Below are positions 43,927-51,999 of a stretch of 64,000 bases of DNA, in pieces; position 1 is the stretch's first letter; every line of letters begins with the position of its first letter. A program made the position numbers and the translations under genes. The notes beneath the pieces are model-generated. The model did not search any database and was not told where the DNA came from. It saw only the letters and a program-made list of their open reading frames with translations. Source of the stretch: an uncultured Rikenella sp. (GTDB lineage: Bacteria > Bacteroidota > Bacteroidia > Bacteroidales > VadinHA17); assembly GCA_964537135.1 (NCBI GenBank), contig CAZHZC010000010.1, forward strand, positions 3,866 through 67,865. The letters run 5' to 3'.

Positions 43927-45642
43927 GTGAACTATTCAACAACTGTAATAACTTTATTAACACTGGTATTATTGTGTCTCGCTCCTCCTGCGGCCGGACA
44001 GATGATACCGGAGCCGGTGGGCGATGAAGCGATCTACCTCTTCCTCGATGAGCTGGCAGCAGACCGGATGATAACCCTCAATGGGGTGGTGAAGCCCTAT
44101 AGCCGACTGATGATCAGGGAGAAACTTGAGGAGGCAGCCGAAGCACAACACTCCGGAAACGCAGCACTCACCCGCCGCCAGCTGAAGGAGCTGCAGTTCT
44201 GGACCACCATCTTCTCCGATGGCGACCCTGACGCCCGTATGAGGCTGCTGCTCAACCCCGCAGCAGCCCGCTATCGCGACTCACTCTTCACCGTCACCGT
44301 AACTCCCCTCTTCGGATATACCGGAAGAGTTACCCGGGGTCTCAAAGAGAGTGGTACAACCGGAGGAACAGGTACCGGATCAGATCCCGGAGACACACCA
44401 GGCGGCGCACACAGCACACCCGGAATCCTCAGCCCGGGCGAAAACACCGGCAGCTGGTACTGGAAGAACGGCTTCCGCATTTACGGCAACTACCGCAACT
44501 GGGCCTTCTTCGCCGCACTGCAGGATAACCACCAGAAGCCGCTGATGGGTAGGCCTGATTACCTGAACCGTGAGCGGGGCGGCCACCAGAAGGGCGGTAC
44601 CGATTTCTCCGAGATGAGTGGCGGGGTGAGCTACATGTGGCGGTGGGGCAACATCGCTTTTCTCAAGGAGTCGCCGGTATGGGGCAGCGGCTATGCAGGA
44701 ACAAATATCCTGTCGGGACGGGTACCATCATTCATGCATATCAGGTTGCACCTTAAGCCGGTACGCTGGGGTGAGATGACCTGGATACATGGCTGGCTCA
44801 ACTCCATGGTGGTTGACTCAACCCGCTCATACTGGGTGAGCAACGCCTATGGCACCTCGTACCGTGAGCACTACCGCCGCAAATACATTGCATCCAACAT
44901 TTTTACCTTCACCCCTGCTGCCGGACTGCACATCTCAGCCGGTAACAGCGTGGTGTGGTCTGACCCCCGCATAACACCCTACTACCTGATGCCGCTCTTC
45001 TTCTACAAGTCGGTTGACCATGGCGTCAACTCGGGAATAGACAACAGCAACTCCCAGATGTTCTTCGATATCAGTTCGCACAATATTCCTCACCTGCACC
45101 TCTACGGAACCCTCTTTGTCGATGAGCTCTCCACAAAACGGTTCGGCACCAGCGATTACAACTTCCTGTCGTGGAAGGGCGGACTACGTACCGGCAACTA
45201 CAGCTTCCTGCCCAGCCTGTGGATCACCGCCGAGTACACCTTCTCCTATCCGCTCACCTTCCAGCACTTCGTGCCGGTGATCACCTATGAGAACCAGGGA
45301 TTCAATATGGGGCACTGGATTCGTGACAACAGCCGCACCTGGTACATCGCCCTCGACTGGCGGCCGATGCGCGCCTCAGGCATCAGGGTATGGCATGAGA
45401 AGGCGGTGCGGGGACCTGACTACCAGAGCATAGGAGGTAACCGGGTCGGACTGCCTTACCTTGACCCGATAGAGTGGCAAAGCAGCGCCACCGGACTGGA
45501 GATAAGCTATATGATCACCGGCGGGGTGCAGGCCACGGCAGCAGTAACCCACAGCAATGTCACCGGCAGAGCAGACTGGTACCCCGCTCACCTCTACGGC
45601 AATACAATAACCTTCAGCGGAGGGGTGGTGTGGGGATTCTGA
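43927..45642 (+). CDS. Capsule assembly Wzi-like outer membrane protein
   Basis: A signal peptide (VNYSTTVITLLTLVLLCLAPPAAGQ) is followed by EAIYLFLDELAADRMITLNGVVKPYSRLMI, typical of Wzi-family N-termini, and a beta-rich C-terminal part. Alternative starts are ATG 43879 or 43801. Confidence 0.6.
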   Translation: MNYSTTVITLLTLVLLCLAPPAAGQMIPEPVGDEAIYLFLDELAADRMITLNGVVKPYSRLMIREKLEEAAEAQHSGNAALTRRQLKELQFWTTIFSDGDPDARMRLLLNPAAARYRDSLFTVTVTPLFGYTGRVTRGLKESGTTGGTGTGSDPGDTPGGAHSTPGILSPGENTGSWYWKNGFRIYGNYRNWAFFAALQDNHQKPLMGRPDYLNRERGGHQKGGTDFSEMSGGVSYMWRWGNIAFLKESPVWGSGYAGTNILSGRVPSFMHIRLHLKPVRWGEMTWIHGWLNSMVVDSTRSYWVSNAYGTSYREHYRRKYIASNIFTFTPAAGLHISAGNSVVWSDPRITPYYLMPLFFYKSVDHGVNSGIDNSNSQMFFDISSHNIPHLHLYGTLFVDELSTKRFGTSDYNFLSWKGGLRTGNYSFLPSLWITAEYTFSYPLTFQHFVPVITYENQGFNMGHWIRDNSRTWYIALDWRPMRASGIRVWHEKAVRGPDYQSIGGNRVGLPYLDPIEWQSSATGLEISYMITGGVQATAAVTHSNVTGRADWYPAHLYGNTITFSGGVVWGF

Positions 45643-45768
45643 CAGGACAGTCTTGTTTCAATAGCCGTTAATAACAGATGCAGCGGTTGGCCGCGCCGGG
45701 CACAATTACACATGACAGACAAATAGTGATAAAAAATCATAATGTTAAGCATATTATACAATATTCAT

Positions 45769-45776
45769 TATATTTG
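45769..45776 (+). promoter_or_regulatory. Candidate -7 box (TATATTTG) for hipB
   Basis: The sequence matches TAnnTTTG 18 nt upstream of the ATG at 45795, in an AT-rich spacer. Confidence 0.5.
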
Positions 45777-45794
45777 TATGTTTAAGCTTACGTT

Positions 45795-46154
45795 ATGAAA
45801 AACAAAGGCTATATCCTTTTACCCGGGCCACGGAAAAACCTTGCATCACTGGGTGAAAACATAAAACTTGCAAGGTTGAGAAGAAGATACAGCATGGTGC
45901 AGGTGGCAGAGAGAGCAGGTATTAGCAGAACTACACTTACATCAGTTGAAAAGGGCAATCCAAATGTCGCTATCGGCGCATATGTTAAGGTTCTTTCTGT
46001 ATTGGGACTTGATAAAAATATTGCTGCTGTGGCAGCTGATGATATTCTAGGCCGTAAGATTCAGGATGCCGGATTAATGGTTAAAAAGCGGGCACCGAAA
46101 ACAACCTCTCTGAAAACAGGGGAAGAGCCAGGTAATCATTCAAAGCTATCTTGA
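45795..46154 (+). CDS. hipB: XRE-family helix-turn-helix protein, HipB-like antitoxin
   Basis: It has an HTH segment (LGENIKLARLRRRYSMVQVAERAGISRTTLTSVEKG) and lies 4 bp upstream of a HipA-family gene. Confidence 0.75.
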   Translation: MKNKGYILLPGPRKNLASLGENIKLARLRRRYSMVQVAERAGISRTTLTSVEKGNPNVAIGAYVKVLSVLGLDKNIAAVAADDILGRKIQDAGLMVKKRAPKTTSLKTGEEPGNHSKLS

Positions 46155-46158
46155 GCAG

Positions 46159-47430
46159 ATGAAACCTGAAAGCACTTCAAGGCTTATTTATGTTTATGCC
46201 CACTGGAAGGGTATGAACAAGCCACTCCTTATGGGCCGGCTGAGGGCAGAGATGGCACGCGGAAAAGAGATCTTCTCATTCACCTATGAGCGCGAGTGGC
46301 TGGAATCCCGTGCTTCCCAGATACTTGACCCGGAGTTGTTGTTTTACCCCGGGACCTGGTACACTGACAGTGAAAAACAAAATTTCGGACTCTTCCTTGA
46401 CTCCTCCCCTGACAGATGGGGGCGTATGTTGATGACCAGACGTGAAGCACTGTTGGCCCGGAACGAAAAACGGGCAGTAAGAACACTCATGGAGTCTGAT
46501 TACCTTCTTGGGGTGTATGACAATCACCGCATGGGGGCACTGAGGTTCAAGGAGCAGATTGGTGGTCCGTTCCTCAATGATAATGCCGGTTATGCTACAC
46601 CGCCATGGACCTCCGTCAGGGAACTTGAACAGATCAGCCTGCTGCTTGAGCAAGAAGATGTATATGATAACCCTGACTATGATAAATGGTTAACCATGCT
46701 GGTCAACCCGGGCTCATCATTGGGCGGAGCACGGCCAAAAGCAAGTGTTGTTGACAGTGACGGAACACTCTGGATCGCCAAATTTCCTGCAAGGGCTGAC
46801 AGAAAAGATAATGGTGGCTGGGAGATGGTTGCAAATGAGCTGGCAAGAGTGGCAGGGCTGAATGTGGCACAAGCAGTTGCCAGAAAATTCTCAGGTAATC
46901 ATCATACATTCCTGACAAAGCGATTTGACAGAACTATAAAAAATGAGAGACTTCATTATGCCTCAGCAATGACAATGCTGGGATATAGAGACGGCGATGA
47001 TCATACTGCCGGAGCAAGCTACCTTGACATCGCAGACTTTCTTACAAGGCATGGAGCCAACGTCAGTGGTGACCTGAAGGAGTTATGGAGCAGGATTGTC
47101 TTCAGCATACTTATCTCAAACAGTGATGACCACCTTCGTAATCATGGGTTTATCCTCAAGGAACAAGGTTGGATTCTTTCCCCTGCCTTCGATATCAATC
47201 CTGATGAAACAGGAAGAGGACTGTCACTAAATATAAACCTTGATGACAACTCTCTTAGTATAGAGCTTGCCCTGGAGGTGGCAGAACATTTCAGACTGAC
47301 CAGGGCAGAAGCAGGAATGATTGTTAAAAGATTAAAAAGATCAGTAAGTAAATGGCGCAGGGTAGCTGAAAGATATAAACTTCCCCGGCAGGAACAGGAG
47401 ATGATGGCCCGAACATTTGAGAGATTCTGA
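46159..47430 (+). CDS. hipA: Type II toxin-antitoxin system HipA family kinase toxin
   Basis: It has HipA N-terminal and C-terminal domains, a P-loop-like segment (GSSLGGARPKA), and the catalytic motif SNSDDHLRNHGF. Confidence 0.85.
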   Translation: MKPESTSRLIYVYAHWKGMNKPLLMGRLRAEMARGKEIFSFTYEREWLESRASQILDPELLFYPGTWYTDSEKQNFGLFLDSSPDRWGRMLMTRREALLARNEKRAVRTLMESDYLLGVYDNHRMGALRFKEQIGGPFLNDNAGYATPPWTSVRELEQISLLLEQEDVYDNPDYDKWLTMLVNPGSSLGGARPKASVVDSDGTLWIAKFPARADRKDNGGWEMVANELARVAGLNVAQAVARKFSGNHHTFLTKRFDRTIKNERLHYASAMTMLGYRDGDDHTAGASYLDIADFLTRHGANVSGDLKELWSRIVFSILISNSDDHLRNHGFILKEQGWILSPAFDINPDETGRGLSLNINLDDNSLSIELALEVAEHFRLTRAEAGMIVKRLKRSVSKWRRVAERYKLPRQEQEMMARTFERF

Positions 47431-47476
47431 CTTTCACCCTTTTTGTGTAATTTTGCTCCTTTACAGTAAAAGGACC

Positions 47477-48052
47477 ATGGGAGAGAATCTGTCACAACCG
47501 GTGAATGAAGAGCTGCAGCAGCTGCAGGTATTAAAAAAACCTGAGCGGGCATGGTACGCCGTCTATACCAACTCAAGGGCAGAGAAGAGGGTTCATGACC
47601 GTATCACCGAGCTGGGGATAGAGACCTTCCTGCCGCTGCAGAAGACCCTCCGCCAGTGGTCTGACCGTAAGAAGATGGTTGAGAAGCCGCTCATCAGCTC
47701 CTACGTCTTCGTCAAGGCTGTCCCGAAAGAGATATTTGAGGTGCGTAAGGTAGATGGGGTGGTCAAGTTCATAACCATTGAGGGCCGACCCGTACCTATT
47801 CCTGAAGACCAGATAACAAACCTGCGTATACTGTGTGGCAGCGACGCCGACGTGGAGGTGAGCAGTGAGGTGTTTACCCGCGGCGATATGGTGGAGGTGA
47901 CCATAGGAAGCCTCACAGGACTGCGCGGTGAGCTGATACGTGCCGGACGGAAGCATAAGGTGGTGATACGTATCATACAGCCCGGTATGAACCTTACTGT
48001 AGATATTCAGACCAATATGATACGTAAACTCGAAAAAAAACAGGATATTTAG
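47477..48052 (+). CDS. UpxY family transcription antiterminator (NusG-like)
   Basis: It has a NusG N-terminal-like segment (WYAVYTNSRAEKRVHDRI...PLISSYVFVK) and a KOW-like segment (GDMVEVTIGSLTGLRGELI). Start trimmed to the ATG at 47477. It is the first gene before wza/wzc. Confidence 0.8.
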   Translation: MGENLSQPVNEELQQLQVLKKPERAWYAVYTNSRAEKRVHDRITELGIETFLPLQKTLRQWSDRKKMVEKPLISSYVFVKAVPKEIFEVRKVDGVVKFITIEGRPVPIPEDQITNLRILCGSDADVEVSSEVFTRGDMVEVTIGSLTGLRGELIRAGRKHKVVIRIIQPGMNLTVDIQTNMIRKLEKKQDI

Positions 48053-48077
48053 TACGACATAACCCAAAAACCCCGTA

Positions 48078-48860
48078 ATGAAAAAACTTCTCCCCCTTAT
48101 TACGCTTATCGCCATAACAGCTGCATGCTCAACACAGAAAGAGCTCTCCTACCTCCATAACCTCTATGAGCTGGGTGGTGAGAACTACTTCCCGATGGAG
48201 CTGCCCGACTACCAGGTGCAGCCGCGTGACCTCCTCTATGTGAGCGTCAAGGCGCAGACACCCGAGGGCTCACTCACCGAGATGCTTACTGACCGTGTCG
48301 GCAGCAGCATGAACTATATCTCATCGGAGAGCACCGCCTATGTCATGGGCTACAGCATAGACCCCGAGGGTGTGGTCACCGTGCCCCTGATAGGCAAGAT
48401 GGCGGTGGCCGGACTGACCATCTTCGAGATACGTGACCTCTTCCAGCAGCGGGTTGATGACCTCTACCGCCACGCCTTTGTCGATGTGCGGCTGCTGAGC
48501 TATAAGTTTACGGTGATAGGTGAGGTGAGAGCGCCGGGAAGCTATATCAACTACAATGACCAGCTCACCGTACTCGAGGCGATAGGGCGCGCCGGAGGGA
48601 TAGCCGAGACAGGCACCAAGGAGAAGATACTGGTGATACGACCTACCGGCAACGAGACACGTACCTACAGTATCGACCTGCAGGACAAGAGCCTCCTCTC
48701 ATCACCGGCATACTTCATTACCCCCAATGATGTGGTGATAGTGCAGCCCAACCCCAAGAAGGTGTTCAGTGTCAACCTGCCTACCATCTCATTCATCCTG
48801 GCTACCATCACCAGCACCATCTCCACCACGCTGCTGCTGATCAACTATTTCGGCAAATAG
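48078..48860 (+). CDS. wza: Polysaccharide export protein (Wza-like, Poly_export plus SLBB)
   Basis: It has a lipobox (ITAAC) and carries YQVQPRDLLYVSV and GEVRAPG motifs. Confidence 0.85.
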   Translation: MKKLLPLITLIAITAACSTQKELSYLHNLYELGGENYFPMELPDYQVQPRDLLYVSVKAQTPEGSLTEMLTDRVGSSMNYISSESTAYVMGYSIDPEGVVTVPLIGKMAVAGLTIFEIRDLFQQRVDDLYRHAFVDVRLLSYKFTVIGEVRAPGSYINYNDQLTVLEAIGRAGGIAETGTKEKILVIRPTGNETRTYSIDLQDKSLLSSPAYFITPNDVVIVQPNPKKVFSVNLPTISFILATITSTISTTLLLINYFGK

Positions 48861-49107
48861 CAATAGTATGGTGATTAACCTGAAAGATAATCCCCTCCAT
48901 TCGGTCTGCGCCGGACCGTCGCTACAGCCACCTGCGAGCCACCGATTGATCCTAAACCGGCATCCGGCCTGCGCCAGTCCCGAAACCAGGTCTGAACACC
49001 GCACAAGAGCGATACCAAACCGGCACCCGGCAGACGCAAAGCCGGCCCGAACCCTGCACCCGGCAGAGGCTAAGCCGGCTCTAAACCATTTTTGAACCAG
49101 CTACACT

Positions 49108-51531
49108 ATGGAAAACAGCGAACAGAACTTTTATATCCCCGAGAGCGAAGGTATCGACTTCCGCAGGTACCTCTCACTCTTTATCAGCAACTGGTACTGG
49201 TTTGCGGCAGCCCTCTTTATTGCCCTCTCCCTCGGCTATGGCATCAACCGGTGGGGCGATGCCCTCTATACGGTACAGTCAACCCTGCTGATCAAGGATG
49301 ATGAGTCGGGTGGCTATGGCGGTATGGAGCGTATCATGCCGGGCGGCGACCTCTTCACCTCGAAGCAGAACCTGCAGAACGAGATAGGGATACTGAAGTC
49401 GTTTGACCTCAACCATAAGGTGATGTACAAGCTGTCCGACTTCCATATCGTCTACACCTCGGTAGGACGCAGGGGTATCGCCGAGACACGTCTCTACAAG
49501 AGCTCACCCTTCGCGGTGCATACCGACGATATCAACAGTCAGCCCCCGGGCGTCAGGGTGGATGTCAGGATTGAGTCGCCGGAGAGCTATACACTCACCA
49601 TTGAGAAGCACGACTATGAGGGACGACACTCGTTCGGTGAGCGGTTCAGCCAGTTTGGGTTTGACTTCTTCATCTACCCCAGCCATAACGATGTCTCACC
49701 CTACCGTGAGGATGGCTCAAACCGCTACTACTTCTACTTCGTCAGACCGGCCACCCTGGCCAACAGCTACCGCTCACGCCTCTCGGTGACGCCGGTAGAG
49801 GAGGATGCCACCCTGGTGACCCTCTCCGTCACCGGGCCGGTGCCCGAGCAGGAGGCTGACTACCTCGATACGCTCATGAGCAGCTACCTGGAGCTGGGGC
49901 TCGAATGGAAAAATCAGGCGGCAGAACAGACACTACGCTTTATTGACCGTCAGCTGAGCCTCATCTCCGACTCGCTCCGTATAGCCGAGAACCGTATGGA
50001 GAGCTTCCGTACAGACAACCGGTTTGTCAACCTGACCACAGAGAGCAACCTGGTGCTGCAGCGGCTGGAGAGGTATGAGATGGAGCGTAACTCGCTCAGG
50101 CTGCAGATGCAGTACTATGAGTACCTGAAGGAGTACCTCACCTCACGCAATGAGAGCGGGCTGATCGTCTCTCCCAGCGTGATGGGTATCACTGACCCAC
50201 TGCTGGTGAGGCTGGTAGAGGAGCTGGCATCACTGCAGCAGCAGCAGCAGCAGCTGGGGTTCATGGTGCAGGAGAACCAGCCGGCAGCACACCTGGTGAC
50301 CGGCAGGGTAGAGCAGGCACGTGACGCACTCAGTGAGAATGTCACCAACAGTATCAACCAGCTGCGCCTCTCCATGAGAGACGTGGAAAACCGTATCGCT
50401 GAGGTGAACCTCGACCTGGGACGGCTGCCCGGCACCGAGCGGAGGCTGGTGAGCATACAACGCGACTTCGACCTTAACAGTACCGTCTACAACTTCCTGC
50501 TTGAGAAGCGGGCCGAGGCGGGCATAGCCAAGGCATCCAATATACCGGTGAACCGTATCATTGACACCGCTGAGCCATACAATGCGGTGCGTATCAAGCC
50601 ACGCACACGGCAGAACTATATGATGGCCCTGATACTGGGACTGATGCTTCCGGCGATAGCGATCGTCGTCATAGACCTGCTCAACAACAAGGTGATAGAC
50701 CGTAAGGATATCGAGAAGATCACCCGCGTGCCGATAGTGGGGTTCATCAGCCACAGCAGCTACGCCACCGAGGTGCCGGTGATAGAGAAGCCGGGCAGCA
50801 CCCTGGCAGAGAGCTTCCGGAGCATACGTACCTCACTCAAATACCTGGTGCCTGATGACCAGCCGGCAGTGATAGCTGTCACCTCAACCATCAGCGGCGA
50901 GGGGAAGACCTTCGTGGCAGCCAACCTGGCAGCGATAATCTCACTGCTGGGACGACGTACCCTGCTGGTGGGGCTCGACCTGCGCAAGCCGCGCCTCCAC
51001 AAGATACTGGGACTCGACAACGGCAGCGGCATGAGCACCTTCCTGAGCGGCAACAGCAGCTATGATGAGGTGATCGTCAAGAGCAGGATAGAGAACCTCT
51101 GGTGTGCCGTCTCCGGACCGGTACCACCCAACCCCTCAGAGCTGATAGAGCGCGAGACGATGAGCCGGTTCATCGAGAAGGCACGCAGCCAGTTTGACTT
51201 TATAATCATAGACACTCCGCCGGTGGCGGTGGTGACCGACGCGCTGCTGCTGTCACGCTTGACAGACGTGACACTCTTTGTGGTACGTCAGCGCTACACC
51301 TCACGCAACACCCTCAGCCTCATAGATGAGATACATCGCGGACATGAGATGGCCGGACCGGGAATAGTGGTCAACGATATCTCAATGTCAGGATATTACG
51401 GGTACGGACTGCGCTATGGCTACAGCTTCGGATACAATTATGGCTACAACTACGGATATAAATATTACGGCCACACCGCCTACGGCAGGAAAGCACGCGA
51501 GGGAGCAGAGAAATACTATACCGAAGATTGA
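49108..51531 (+). CDS. Polysaccharide co-polymerase / tyrosine autokinase (Wzc-like), paralog 1
   Basis: A Wzz-like periplasmic domain sits between two TM segments. It has Walker A SGEGKTF, Walker B IIIDTPP and a Tyr-rich tail (YYGYGLRYGYSFGYNYGYNYGYKYYGHTAYG). Confidence 0.88.
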   Translation: MENSEQNFYIPESEGIDFRRYLSLFISNWYWFAAALFIALSLGYGINRWGDALYTVQSTLLIKDDESGGYGGMERIMPGGDLFTSKQNLQNEIGILKSFDLNHKVMYKLSDFHIVYTSVGRRGIAETRLYKSSPFAVHTDDINSQPPGVRVDVRIESPESYTLTIEKHDYEGRHSFGERFSQFGFDFFIYPSHNDVSPYREDGSNRYYFYFVRPATLANSYRSRLSVTPVEEDATLVTLSVTGPVPEQEADYLDTLMSSYLELGLEWKNQAAEQTLRFIDRQLSLISDSLRIAENRMESFRTDNRFVNLTTESNLVLQRLERYEMERNSLRLQMQYYEYLKEYLTSRNESGLIVSPSVMGITDPLLVRLVEELASLQQQQQQLGFMVQENQPAAHLVTGRVEQARDALSENVTNSINQLRLSMRDVENRIAEVNLDLGRLPGTERRLVSIQRDFDLNSTVYNFLLEKRAEAGIAKASNIPVNRIIDTAEPYNAVRIKPRTRQNYMMALILGLMLPAIAIVVIDLLNNKVIDRKDIEKITRVPIVGFISHSSYATEVPVIEKPGSTLAESFRSIRTSLKYLVPDDQPAVIAVTSTISGEGKTFVAANLAAIISLLGRRTLLVGLDLRKPRLHKILGLDNGSGMSTFLSGNSSYDEVIVKSRIENLWCAVSGPVPPNPSELIERETMSRFIEKARSQFDFIIIDTPPVAVVTDALLLSRLTDVTLFVVRQRYTSRNTLSLIDEIHRGHEMAGPGIVVNDISMSGYYGYGLRYGYSFGYNYGYNYGYKYYGHTAYGRKAREGAEKYYTED

Positions 51532-51560
51532 AAACCGAACTGCTGTAACACCAGGCTCCG

Positions 51561-51668
51561 GAGCAGAGGCCTGAAAAGGGGAGTAGAAGCCTGAAAGAGA
51601 GCAGAAGCTTGAAAAGGAGAGCAGAGGCCAAAAAAAAGGAACACAGGCCTGAAAAGGGGAACAGAAGA
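51561..51668. repeat. ~20-bp purine-rich tandem repeat, about 5 copies
   Basis: gcagaggcctgaaaagggga-like units lie in the spacer between the two wzc paralogs. Confidence 0.8.
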
Positions 51669-51728
51669 GATCGTCAGAGAAGAACCCGGGAAAACGACTA
51701 CACAGCCCCTTGCTCTCTCCTTTTTATA

Positions 51729-51736
51729 TATATTTG
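51729..51736 (+). promoter_or_regulatory. Candidate internal -7 box (TATATTTG) upstream of wzc paralog 2
   Basis: The sequence matches TAnnTTTG 264 nt upstream of the ATG at 52000, which would give a long leader. Confidence 0.35.
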
Positions 51737-51999
51737 CTTGTCGTCCGTGCCAACAGGCCGGACACATTATCAGGGGAAGAGTTTGAACATAATAACGGGC
51801 CGCGAGCAGATGACCGGCTCATGCTTTATTTAACACTGTCTTTGTTTGTTAGCCACTTTACCCCATGTGACTGACCAACCGGAGGAGTGTCAGAACCCCA
51901 AAAAATGACCGGCAGGTCAGGAGCAAAAACTGTAAACAGCGGCAATCGTTCTGCCCTCCCGCCACTACCCTTGTAATTCATATTTCTGAATCAGATATC

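Noticed and set aside
45643-45794. An invertible (phase-variable) promoter flanked by inverted repeats, as known for Bacteroides capsule loci
   Set aside because: I could not find matching inverted repeats flanking this spacer or the 46-nt hipA-upxY gap, and no nearby recombinase gene is present in the window.
48868-49095. A 75-aa ORF in the wza-wzc spacer
   Set aside because: Its sequence is a product of degenerate ~31-bp repeats (NRHPA.A.P motifs). It has no start context or hydrophobic or structural features.
51609-51833. A 74-aa ORF between the two wzc paralogs
   Set aside because: It is Lys/Arg/Glu-rich and read from the purine-rich ~20-bp repeat array, so it is most likely non-coding.
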